From a virus (taxonomy: Duplodnaviria; Caudoviricetes), in IMG/VR virus record IMGVR_UViG_3300005573_000159, positions 1 through 40,861 of that record: a stretch of DNA of 40,861 nucleotides; one strand, given 5' to 3'. The translations under genes were made by a program, and so were the position numbers. Positions 9,401 through 16,089 of this stretch are shown here, one piece after another; the first letter of the stretch is position 1, and every line of letters begins with the position of its first letter. Below the pieces are notes generated by a model that saw only the letters and a program-made list of their open reading frames with translations, did not search any database and was not told the origin of the DNA.

Positions 9401-9814
9401 GATGGGTATATAATACCCCCTCTTTCCCATAAGAAATTTGGTTGGTAAAACTCTCCATTGAGCCTTTGTTTTTCTTTTGCGTTCTGCTCTTTTAACAAGC
9501 CATAAATGGTCCTCGGAGCAATCTAAATATGCTCCATCTGCAAAATAAACACGATAAGTTTTCTTTATTCCTTGTGGATAATAGCCAATAATAGTTTGAG
9601 CATCCCCATCGGGATTTAAAATAATGTCTCCCACTTTTAAATCTTTTAATTTTTTAAATCCATAGGGGGTTAGAATATCTTCCTCTAACTTAAGTGCTTT
9701 TCCAGTTCCAACAACACCACTCAATAACGTATATCTATAGTTTTTCACTAATTCTAAAAAAAGTTTTTGCTTGGGAGTAAAGTTTGCTAACTGTTGAAAA
9801 CTTACTTTTTCCAT
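6425..9814 (-). CDS. terL: Terminase large subunit with two inteins (spliced product 442 aa)
   Basis: Walker A SGVVGTGK|S, Walker B IVGIDE, TNP coupling motif, RNase H-like GVDVGAGGD, DITGVG, SPNVWDA. Confidence 0.93.
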   Translation of the reverse strand: MEKVSFQQLANFTPKQKLFLELVKNYRYTLLSGVVGTGKALKLEEDILTPYGFKKLKDLKVGDIILNPDGDAQTIIGYYPQGIKKTYRVYFADGAYLDCSEDHLWLVKRAERKRKTKAQWRVLPTKFLMGKRGYYIPINEPLKFNRYKNSPPIHPYLLGVLLGDGTFCNHSVISLTNYDEFIIQKIRKLGYKVSEWSRGHVYSISKLYGPIKELGLDNKRSDEKFIPDCYKWASIEDRIELVRGLMDTAGFVEKSGRLVFYTTSLRLAEDLKFVLRSLGAIVMTSEKKPFYKLPDGTRREGKKCYVLYILSKHNEQFVSLPRKKERIHQTKASFDQLTRKIVKIEEIGEDEMACIRVDNPNGLFIAGKDLIVTHNSRCLRWTLLYLLLKYASKGYTGLQAGLFCNTYPELNDRHLKYIKQEFPKWLGTYKEQKHEFHLSEEYGGGILAFRNLDEPEKYRCFSEDTEVLVRGKGFIPVKDLREGDFCLSLNPKTKTMEWHRVKKMYIYDYDGEMIDYFGRFGVSFCVTPNHKMLIRTRRNKDLRFVLAKDLPQRFYVPVTGKWEGEKMSEKIIFKPDGNKGKTIECSLEDFLRFLGWFLAEGCASTDGNRYGIKITQCHGKNHEKISEMLNKLGVNWHYNGKDYTFNNKALYLYLEQFGKSYQKFIPQEFKDLPPRYLKILLEGLILGDGTEYSKNKMVFVTTSERLRDDVTEICLKLGYSVTCLAKEETEGRIAGGKLCKWRKSFHLTINKRNTERACEKFYPERILGNKKYKTNNFKKIHYKGKIYGPVVPPYFNILIRHRGRIMFVGQSSEWAIVGIDELVQIPKETFDLILERNRWAGIENPKCIAVTNPVGEFSVWVREFFVEKTSKDKRCKEAGFLKAERGDNPYISESYYEELSKGMDEKMKKALLDGDWYALEGEMDIEGYMRLITSQQLNDAIIETDYSLTQPCIFGVDVGAGGDTTAIVVRDQLTAKVLFNQRLADTMAILPKIAEFYSVYTPRTIAVDITGVGKGIYDRLNETRLSEKTYGVVFGSKADEEERFFNKKAQLYWKAREWILKGGKLIKNDAWNEALTIRYKIHSDRKIKIEPKENLLKKGIASPNVWDAFALTFVEDLNQMRFYEDELWT
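7380..7514. repeat. Direct repeat copy 1 (matches 40727-40861)
   Basis: 135 bp with a single mismatch (c7393 vs t40740); 7394-7514 is identical to the last 121 bp of the window. Confidence 0.97.
7385..8437 (-). mobile_element. Intein 2 (351 aa) with LAGLIDADG domain, C-terminal Gln
   Basis: Starts CFSEDTEVL, block B VTPNH, FLGWFLAEG and LEGLILGDG, ends RGRIMFVGQ|S; removal restores NLDEPEKYRSSEWAIVGIDE. Confidence 0.88.
8690..9697 (-). mobile_element. Intein 1 (336 aa), class 3 type, with LAGLIDADG domain, inserted in the Walker A GK|S
   Basis: Starts ALKLEEDILTPYG, block B CSEDHLW, block F MACIRV, ends IVTHN|S; YLLGVLLGDG and LVRGLMDTAG helices. Confidence 0.9.
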
Positions 9815-9895
9815 CGTTTAAAAATGCTTTAAAAAATCTCGATTTTAATAGGCCTATTTTACAATATTTTACATCTTTTATCAAGAAAATCCTTC

Positions 9896-9978
9896 TAAAA
9901 TCGCTTCAAATGAAAGATTTTTATCAGCATATACTTTTATACCTATCCCTTAAAAATCTTTTCACTCACGCGATTTTA
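9896..9978. repeat. Long imperfect inverted repeat upstream of terL
   Basis: TAAAATCGC (9896) / GCGATTTTA (9970) and TGAAAGATTTTTA (9911) / TAAAAATCTTTTCA (9951) in a non-coding gap. Confidence 0.6.
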
Positions 9979-9986
9979 CAGCAATC

Positions 9987-10337
9987 TTATTTTTCTTCCC
10001 ATAATTCAGGATTGGCAGTTATTATTCCTCCCCCTCTTTCCATAACTTCTTTAAAAAGTTCAAAAATTTTTTGAATTTCTGGGTTTTCGTATTCTGGTTT
10101 TTGCTCTTTTTTAATCCCTCTTAACTTGTATAATTTTCGTATATATTTTTGAAACTTCAAAATTTTTCTCCATTCTTCCTTGAGATGTTTGTATTCTTCG
10201 GGAGTAATAAGGATTCGAAAATCTGTGCTATAATCGGCAAATGGTTTAAGTCCTATAAATCCACATTCTTCGCACATATAAAAATTCGCTGTTTTAAATT
10301 GCTTTTCTTTTTTATTGGTTTGTTTATTTTTCTTCAT
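9987..10337 (-). CDS. Hypothetical protein
   Basis: 116 aa overlapping the TerS stop; one CEECG motif. Confidence 0.6.
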   Translation of the reverse strand: MKKNKQTNKKEKQFKTANFYMCEECGFIGLKPFADYSTDFRILITPEEYKHLKEEWRKILKFQKYIRKLYKLRGIKKEQKPEYENPEIQKIFELFKEVMERGGGIITANPELWEEK

Positions 10338-10638
10338 CCTCTTTATCTAAAATCAAAATTCTTTTTTCTTCTGTTTCTATTATTTGTTTTGCTTGCCCAA
10401 ATAGTCTATCAAGAATATCCTTGTAAAAGGCATAATTTCCTGATAATCCCTTTTTTGCTCCTACAATTAGCAGGGCTTTTAAAAAGTCTTCTGGTTCTTC
10501 TCCTAATTTTAGTTTTTTTGCAACTTCTTTTGCTGCTAAATTGAATATCGTTTTATAACTCAGAGCACCCTTGGGTCTTCCATTAGGATTTCCAGATTGG
10601 CCTTTTTTCCACGGTTTTAAGTTCTGTAAATTGGGCAT
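10324..10638 (-). CDS. terS: Terminase small subunit (DUF5681-type)
   Basis: KPWKKGQSGNPNGRPKG and ILDRLFGQ motifs; upstream of terL. Confidence 0.82.
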   Translation of the reverse strand: MPNLQNLKPWKKGQSGNPNGRPKGALSYKTIFNLAAKEVAKKLKLGEEPEDFLKALLIVGAKKGLSGNYAFYKDILDRLFGQAKQIIETEEKRILILDKEDEEK

Positions 10639-10698
10639 TTTTCTTTGTTTTTTCAGTGTTTTTTAATCTTTCGTTTTTACACAATTTTATTTTACCAC

Positions 10699-11607
10699 TT
10701 AATAAGGAATATCCCAAATATCTAAATTTTCTTGATTTTTTTTAACTTTTTTGCTTTCTTTTTTCCCCTTTGCTTGCTTTTCACTCCTTCGCTTTTCTTT
10801 GCGTTCTTCTTGAGCAACTTCAACAGCCATTTCAGATTGTTCTTTGCCATCAAAAACTGGAGTATTTTCAATTTCATATGGTTTTTCTGCTTTTTTTGAA
10901 GCATTTTCGAGTGTTTTTTCCTGTTTTACTTGCTTTTTACTTCTAACGATTTGCCTTTTCTTGAAATAGCACTCTTTGCAAATGTAAGAAGTTGAGGAAC
11001 TTTGTAAGCAATCTTTTTTGTTTTTTGGATTTCCACAAAACCAGCAAATTACTTGGTCTGTTTGTTTTAAAGTTTCAGCCTTATTAGTATTATGGTCTAT
11101 AGTATTCTGGTATATAGTATTATGGTCTATAGTATAGTAGGCGTTAACTGGAGTAAACGGGGTGTTAACTGGAGTTAACGCATCCGTTAACTCTGGTAAA
11201 CGCCCCCGTAAACTGGAGTTAACGCTCTTGCTAGCCCGTGCGAATATTAAAAGATCAAGAAGTTCCGTAGGTGCAACGAATAACTTGACGTCCTCAACAA
11301 AGTATTCAAAAAGGCCCAATTTAACGAGTTTTAAGAAGCGCTTTCTGATGCCTGCTTTTGATGTAATTCGTAAGCTCGGAACTTGTTCAATGATGTGCTT
11401 ATAAGAAATCCAGGTAAATTCCTTGCCGTCTTTGTTTTTTCGCAAAAGGCTTTTTGACCTTGAATTGCAGATATCACGCAAATAGTAAAGTAAAACAGCA
11501 TCTATAATGTCCAGGTTTGGAAAATATTTGTAAATGGCATAAAGATTAATAGTGACCGTCCACCAAATTTTCCTTTCGTTGTTATCTAAGTTTTTGTTCT
11601 GTTCCAT
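10699..11607 (-). CDS. Replication initiator (winged-HTH N-terminus, internal iterons, C4 zinc finger)
   Basis: DAVLLYYL..FTWISYKHI..GIRKRFLKLVKLGL; iteron array in mid-gene; CWFCG..YICKEC. Confidence 0.75.
   Translation of the reverse strand: MEQNKNLDNNERKIWWTVTINLYAIYKYFPNLDIIDAVLLYYLRDICNSRSKSLLRKNKDGKEFTWISYKHIIEQVPSLRITSKAGIRKRFLKLVKLGLFEYFVEDVKLFVAPTELLDLLIFARASKSVNSSLRGRLPELTDALTPVNTPFTPVNAYYTIDHNTIYQNTIDHNTNKAETLKQTDQVICWFCGNPKNKKDCLQSSSTSYICKECYFKKRQIVRSKKQVKQEKTLENASKKAEKPYEIENTPVFDGKEQSEMAVEVAQEERKEKRRSEKQAKGKKESKKVKKNQENLDIWDIPY
11085..11223. repeat. Candidate replication origin: four 16-bp iterons plus three AT-rich 15-mers
   Basis: GTWAAC-N4-GTWAAC at 11143, 11164, 11186, 11208; TAGTATTMTGGTMTA x3 at 11085-11129. 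Confidence 0.75.
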
Positions 11608-11625
11608 TTTTTGTTCCCCCCAAAA

Positions 11626-11728
11626 GAAAACGGGCGCCCCTCCGAGGAATTTTATAGCGTGCTAATGATAGGTTGGGTCGGGCGCCCGCTTCTCTCCTCG
11701 GAGGTATTGCCTAATTGCCGACCCATTT
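11626..11728 (-). promoter_or_regulatory. Structured 5' leader of rep
   Basis: Three interleaved complementary pairs: 11639-48/11695-704, 11674-81/11718-25, 11626-39/11680-92. Confidence 0.6.
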
Positions 11729-11734
11729 TCTTTC

Positions 11735-11762
11735 ATTATATCTCAAGCTTTCCTAAAGTCAA
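11735..11762 (-). promoter_or_regulatory. Sigma70-like promoter for rep and downstream genes
   Basis: TTGACT-16 nt-TATAAT on the minus strand. Confidence 0.7.
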
Positions 11763-11784
11763 ATTCTTGAAACTGTTAATAACT

Positions 11785-11843
11785 TGTTGATAAGCATTCA
11801 AAAATATAGTTTTTTCGTATGTTTTTGAACGCTTATTTCAACA
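11785..11843. repeat. Imperfect inverted repeat between divergent promoters
   Basis: TGTTGATAAGCATTCAAAAATATA ... TATGTTTTTGAACGCTTATTTCAACA. Confidence 0.6.
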
Positions 11844-11853
11844 CTTAAAGGAC

Positions 11854-11880
11854 TTGACTTTTAAAATTTTGTTGTATAAT
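11854..11880 (+). promoter_or_regulatory. Sigma70-like promoter for the plus-strand early operon
   Basis: TTGACT-15 nt-TATAAT (short spacer). Confidence 0.55.
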
Positions 11881-11933
11881 CAAATTAGACAATTAAAAAA
11901 TTAAGGCCGTAATTAAAAATGAAAAAATAAAAA

Positions 11934-12026
11934 ATGGTAGATGAAGCAGGTGTAGGCGTATTCTTCCTTCTTTGCCTTATCGCTACACTTTTCGTCATAT
12001 TAACATCAAAAGAAGGTCGAACTTAA
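11934..12026 (+). CDS. Small hydrophobic peptide (30 aa), not in ORF track
   Basis: MVDEAGVGVFFLLCLIATLFVILTSKEGRT; first ORF after the promoter; AGGCCG motif upstream. Confidence 0.45.
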   Translation: MVDEAGVGVFFLLCLIATLFVILTSKEGRT

Positions 12027-12040
12027 AAATAAAAAATGCA

Positions 12041-12415
12041 ATGGTCAAAATAAAAGTAACGGCTTATTGGACTGGATATCCTGACAAAGAGCGGGAGGAC
12101 ACATTTTATGTAGACGAATACAATGAAAGTGTAAAAAGGCATATTTATGATTGGGTAAGGTCTTATTTTATTGAAGACATTCCATCTGACGAAGAACTCG
12201 AGAAGGATTACAACCTTTTAATAGAAGTCGAAGGAGCTGTCTTTTTATGTGATTTGTGCGGACGAGAAACTGAAAAACTTCACACTATCTCTTTAGTTGA
12301 AAGCAAAAGGGATTACGGCGTATGTAAAAGATGCTTCCAAAGGGTCGAAAATAGCTTGGAGCAATTCAGGGAGGAAAACCTGGGATGGAAGACAGAAATA
12401 CTTGGGAAAAAATAG
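12041..12415 (+). CDS. Zinc-finger hypothetical protein (likely start 12041)
   Basis: CDLCGR..VCKRC; AGGTCG 21 nt before ATG 12041. Confidence 0.65.
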   Translation: MVKIKVTAYWTGYPDKEREDTFYVDEYNESVKRHIYDWVRSYFIEDIPSDEELEKDYNLLIEVEGAVFLCDLCGRETEKLHTISLVESKRDYGVCKRCFQRVENSLEQFREENLGWKTEILGKK

Positions 12416-12654
12416 AAAAGCAAATTCAGAGACTTCATTACAGCAAAGAAAGACAAGTTATCAAAACATCTTTATTCAATCAAGCGCAGGAATGGGCAAG
12501 ATTGCAAGCACAGTACGGCCTTTCTGATGAGGAAATCGTAAGATTGATAAAAAAGTGGATAAAGAAATTATATGCAGAATGGAAAATGTGGGAAGCCGAA
12601 TTCGATAGCTTATATTTTCAAAATCTTAGGTCGCAATTAAACAAAAAAAAATGA
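12385..12654 (+). CDS. Hypothetical protein
   Basis: 89 aa, tiles with its neighbours. Confidence 0.55.
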   Translation: MEDRNTWEKIEKQIQRLHYSKERQVIKTSLFNQAQEWARLQAQYGLSDEEIVRLIKKWIKKLYAEWKMWEAEFDSLYFQNLRSQLNKKK

Positions 12655-12657
12655 ACA

Positions 12658-12867
12658 ATGAACAACGATGAACAATTCGAAAAGCTTTACGAATTTACCA
12701 ACGAAATTATGGATACTACTGATGATATTATTGACAAATGGATACACGATTTAGAGATAGAACTTGAATATGAAATGAGGGAAGAAATAGAAAAGAAATA
12801 CGGAAAGCCTTGGTGGCAGGTCCTTAACCCTTCGTATGAGGTCGAAATTAAAGAGGAAGAAAACTAA
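12658..12867 (+). CDS. Acidic hypothetical protein
   Basis: 69 aa Asp/Glu-rich; AGGTCG upstream. Confidence 0.6.
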   Translation: MNNDEQFEKLYEFTNEIMDTTDDIIDKWIHDLEIELEYEMREEIEKKYGKPWWQVLNPSYEVEIKEEEN

Positions 12868-13047
12868 ATGGAGGAATACAAAAGTGTAAAAGAAATTATG
12901 AAAAACTTAAATCTGCCCAGATCAAGCATTTACTATCTCATCAGGAAATTCAATGTTAAAAAGAAAAAGGTCGGCTTAAGGAAGAAGCTTTATGATCTCA
13001 ATCAGTTGAAGGAAATTCTCAAAAGGCACTACTCGAATGAAAAGTAG
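12868..13047 (+). CDS. Small HTH DNA-binding protein (Xis/AlpA-like, 59 aa), not in ORF track
   Basis: MEEYKSVKEIMKNLNLPRSSIYYLIRK...KKLYDLNQLKEIL; AGGTCG upstream. Confidence 0.65.
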   Translation: MEEYKSVKEIMKNLNLPRSSIYYLIRKFNVKKKKVGLRKKLYDLNQLKEILKRHYSNEK

Positions 13048-13321
13048 TTTATTCGTAAGAGCACTTCAATTAGAACAGCAAATGAAACTTTTAAGGGCAA
13101 TGAAGGGAGAAATTGTCATTTTGAAAAAGCTCAAACCGTCAGAAAAAACAAAAAGGCAGTTGGGATTGCCTGATGATTTTGAATATTTTGTTGTTTATAA
13201 TCCTAAAACGAAGAAATTAAGCTGTGATTGTATGGGTTTCATCACTCATAAGCGTTGTAAACATACAAAATATTTCGAGGCCTTTATTAAAGAATTAGAA
13301 AAACAAAATGGACGAATTTGA
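13037..13321 (+). CDS. SWIM zinc-finger protein
   Basis: LSCDCMGF...RCKH (CxC-xn-CxH). Confidence 0.75.
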   Translation: MKSSLFVRALQLEQQMKLLRAMKGEIVILKKLKPSEKTKRQLGLPDDFEYFVVYNPKTKKLSCDCMGFITHKRCKHTKYFEAFIKELEKQNGRI

Positions 13322-13433
13322 CAAAATGAAATTAGAACAAATAAGAAAACTAAAACAATTGGACGATGAAAAATTATTAGAAGAATTCAAAAAATATGAA
13401 GAGAGGATTGATTATGAAAAAGAGCGAATATAA
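13308..13433 (+). CDS. Small hypothetical protein (41 aa)
   Basis: MDEFDKMKLEQIRKLKQLDDEKLLEEFKKYEERIDYEKERI; overlaps the previous stop. Confidence 0.4.
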   Translation: MDEFDKMKLEQIRKLKQLDDEKLLEEFKKYEERIDYEKERI

Positions 13434-13603
13434 CCTTGGCCACATTGATGGATATGTAAAAGGATATGAAGATGGCTTCCATTGGGGAGTATTAGAAACT
13501 CGGAAAATATTTTTAAAATTGTTTTCAGTATAAGAAAACCTAACTGCTTTAGCGAGCCTTAAGAATTAAGGAAACCGCTTCAGCAAGCGCAATTTAAGAA
13601 CCC

Positions 13604-14107
13604 ATGTTAAAATTAAAGATGAAGTCGCCATTGAGGTCAACCACCAAAATGAAACCCTCGAGTAAAAAAGCCAAAATTTTAATGGTTTTTTTGCTAATTC
13701 TGGTCTTAATCCTATCAACATGGCTCGTAAAAGGGGGTATCGGAAACATAAAAAATTCATTGGTTCAACTATCGGTTGTAGAAAACCATCAAGACGATGA
13801 CTATTACGAGGAGATGGTTAAAAGATTGGCGGAATGTGAAAGTTCAAACAACCCTTACGCTATAAATCCATACGATAGCAAAACCAGTTCACTCGGCCTG
13901 TTCCAATTCAAGTTGGAAACCTTCATTCAGTATGCGAAAAAATACGGGGTAATCGGTGATAATACCAGCCTCAACTGGATAATCACGCTCGTCTTTGATA
14001 GGAAAACAAACGAATACCTCGTCCTACAGATGCTAAAGAATGAGGACATGGAGACATTGAAGAAACTGTGGGGGAATTGCATAAGGAAAATAGGGTTTAG
14101 GAAATAA
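13604..14107 (+). CDS. Membrane-anchored lytic transglycosylase/lysozyme-like protein
   Basis: N-terminal hydrophobic helix; LAECESS..AIN..GLFQF SLT-like motifs. Confidence 0.72.
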   Translation: MLKLKMKSPLRSTTKMKPSSKKAKILMVFLLILVLILSTWLVKGGIGNIKNSLVQLSVVENHQDDDYYEEMVKRLAECESSNNPYAINPYDSKTSSLGLFQFKLETFIQYAKKYGVIGDNTSLNWIITLVFDRKTNEYLVLQMLKNEDMETLKKLWGNCIRKIGFRK

Positions 14108-14134
14108 GGTTGGAATTAAAAATTAAATGAAAAA

Positions 14135-14500
14135 ATGAAAAAAAGAGAATTCAAAATAAAAATAAAAATCGAACCATTTAGTTTTATGAGAAAACAAATC
14201 AATATTATTGTTGAAGATTTTTATTGGTTTTATTTAGAAGATGACCTATTCTGTATCGTAAATGACCTAAAAGAAAAATATGGTTTTAATTTTAATTATG
14301 CTATAGAAAACAATTCTATAAGTTTTCATTTTTATGTCCCGAATGACAAATTAAAAGAATTCAAAAAAGATATTAAAAAAATGCTGAAACTTATTGAGAA
14401 AAAATCAACAGACAAAAAACGCTCTTCAGTAGAAATTATTAAGATAAAACTTCCTTTTGAAATAAAAAACAATGGACAACCAAATCTACCAGACAACTGA
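14135..14500 (+). CDS. Hypothetical protein
   Basis: 121 aa AT-rich ORF in the operon. Confidence 0.55.
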   Translation: MKKREFKIKIKIEPFSFMRKQINIIVEDFYWFYLEDDLFCIVNDLKEKYGFNFNYAIENNSISFHFYVPNDKLKEFKKDIKKMLKLIEKKSTDKKRSSVEIIKIKLPFEIKNNGQPNLPDN

Positions 14501-14762
14501 CACGCTTGAGGCGGCGTATCTCGTCTCTGCTGGCTTCAACTACAATCAAATGGTAGAGGTAGACCAAGAAAGGGTTGCCTTTGTCTTCGATTTTTCCGAT
14601 GAACTACATAAAGAAGTCATAAAATTCAAATCGGGAAAAGCTCTGATTGAGCCAACGAAATTTCTCTACAATTACAAAAAACTCCTCGTTGAAATTAAAC
14701 ATTTAAAGTCGAAGCATCAATGGCAAAGGTTAAAATCATTTCGCCTTCCAAGAACCAATTGA
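14472..14762 (+). CDS. DUF5659-like phage protein
   Basis: YQTTDTLEAAYLVSAGF..RVAFVF..IEP pattern. Confidence 0.65.
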   Translation: MDNQIYQTTDTLEAAYLVSAGFNYNQMVEVDQERVAFVFDFSDELHKEVIKFKSGKALIEPTKFLYNYKKLLVEIKHLKSKHQWQRLKSFRLPRTN

Positions 14763-14932
14763 AGGAAGAAAAAGATTGCTTCCCATAAGGTTCGAATACA
14801 GAAAAAGAATTTATGAAACATACGAGCCATATTTCTTGGTTGCAATGATTGCGAAAGGGGAGAACATTTCAATCTCAGAATTATTATTGAGGGAGCTTCG
14901 AAAAAGTCGAAAATTAAATCAAAAATTCCCAA

Positions 14933-15460
14933 ATGCCAAATAAAAGATATATTTCGGGTAGACGATTTGAATGGAAAATAAGGGATGTTCTTAAATATTA
15001 TAATCATATCGTTATTAGGAGTGCAGGAAGCAAATCTGTATTTGATTTAGTGACCTTATGTTGGAATTCTGTAAGGCCAATTCCACAAGAACCTAGAACA
15101 CTTAACGATTTTAATTTTGAGTTTTATATTGGTTTTTGGCAATTAAAAAAATCAATAACACACAAACAAGCTTCTAAGCTTTTGAGAGAAATTTTGAATA
15201 ATTTCAATCTTAATTCTCTTAACAACATAAAAACAGAAGAACTTATTGATATACGCAAAAAGAAAAAGATAGCAGACTTGATTTATTGGCAAGGAATAAC
15301 TGAAGACAAAAAGCCAAACAAATACAAATTAAACTGCATTAGGATTGGAGTAATCTACACTCTTCCCAAAAAGAGAAAACTTGAAAAGAAAAATCGTATA
15401 ATAAAGGTAGACGAAACCCTAAAAGGAGGTGAGAAAGTTGTTGAGGCATCTTCTGGCTGA
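14933..15460 (+). CDS. Hjc-like Holliday junction resolvase (PD-(D/E)XK)
   Basis: GRRFEWKIRDVL..VIRSAGS..FDLV..QLK. Confidence 0.7.
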   Translation: MPNKRYISGRRFEWKIRDVLKYYNHIVIRSAGSKSVFDLVTLCWNSVRPIPQEPRTLNDFNFEFYIGFWQLKKSITHKQASKLLREILNNFNLNSLNNIKTEELIDIRKKKKIADLIYWQGITEDKKPNKYKLNCIRIGVIYTLPKKRKLEKKNRIIKVDETLKGGEKVVEASSG

Positions 15461-16085
15461 CTATTGCCGTAAGAAGTACTTCGGCAAGGAGGCCCAGCCC
15501 GTGCAAATCGGGGTGTATCGTCCCTCTGTACTTTCGTGGAGTTGCGTCAGAAAGCAGTACAACTATTACAGCAACTTCTCGGGCAAATCCCCCGAGGCAA
15601 TCCCGGACGACATCATCCTGTTGCTGTCCGGAGGAATTGTCTTCCATCGCCTAATCCAAAGCCTTCGACAGGACGGACAGAGGTACTGGGACGCCGTGGA
15701 AGTTACTTGCTCCATCGAGGTTCCCACTCCAGAGGGTTCCACCCTTACCATCCTCGGACACGCCGATGCCATTCGTGGAACTGGAATTGAGCGGAAAGTC
15801 TACGAATTCAAGCACGTCCGCCAGATACCCTCGAAGCCACAATTCGAGCATATTCTGCAGTTAAATTTTTACCTCGGAGCCCTCCAAATCCCACACGGAG
15901 TTCTCTGCTATGTGGGTTACCTTCCTGGAGGAGGCCTGGACATCAGGGAATTCCCGCACACCTTCAGTCATTGGCATTTCGAGCATCTAATCAACCGTGC
16001 AATAACGCTCCACACCCTGCTAATCCACCAGACTCCTCCGAGGTGTTCGTGTAAAGACCGCATTCACGAAGTGCAAATTTTGTAA
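15429..16085 (+). CDS. Cas4-like PD-(D/E)XK exonuclease (solo)
   Basis: RPS..SCVRK, GIVFH, GHADAI, VYEFK, QLNFY, C-terminal CSC; AGGAGGTGA SD suggests the true start is a few codons downstream. Confidence 0.8.
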   Translation: MRKLLRHLLADYCRKKYFGKEAQPVQIGVYRPSVLSWSCVRKQYNYYSNFSGKSPEAIPDDIILLLSGGIVFHRLIQSLRQDGQRYWDAVEVTCSIEVPTPEGSTLTILGHADAIRGTGIERKVYEFKHVRQIPSKPQFEHILQLNFYLGALQIPHGVLCYVGYLPGGGLDIREFPHTFSHWHFEHLINRAITLHTLLIHQTPPRCSCKDRIHEVQIL

Positions 16086-16089
16086 GGAG

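Noticed and set aside
15429-16085. CRISPR-Cas locus suggested by the Cas4-like gene
   Set aside because: No repeat-spacer array and no cas1/cas2 seen anywhere in the window.
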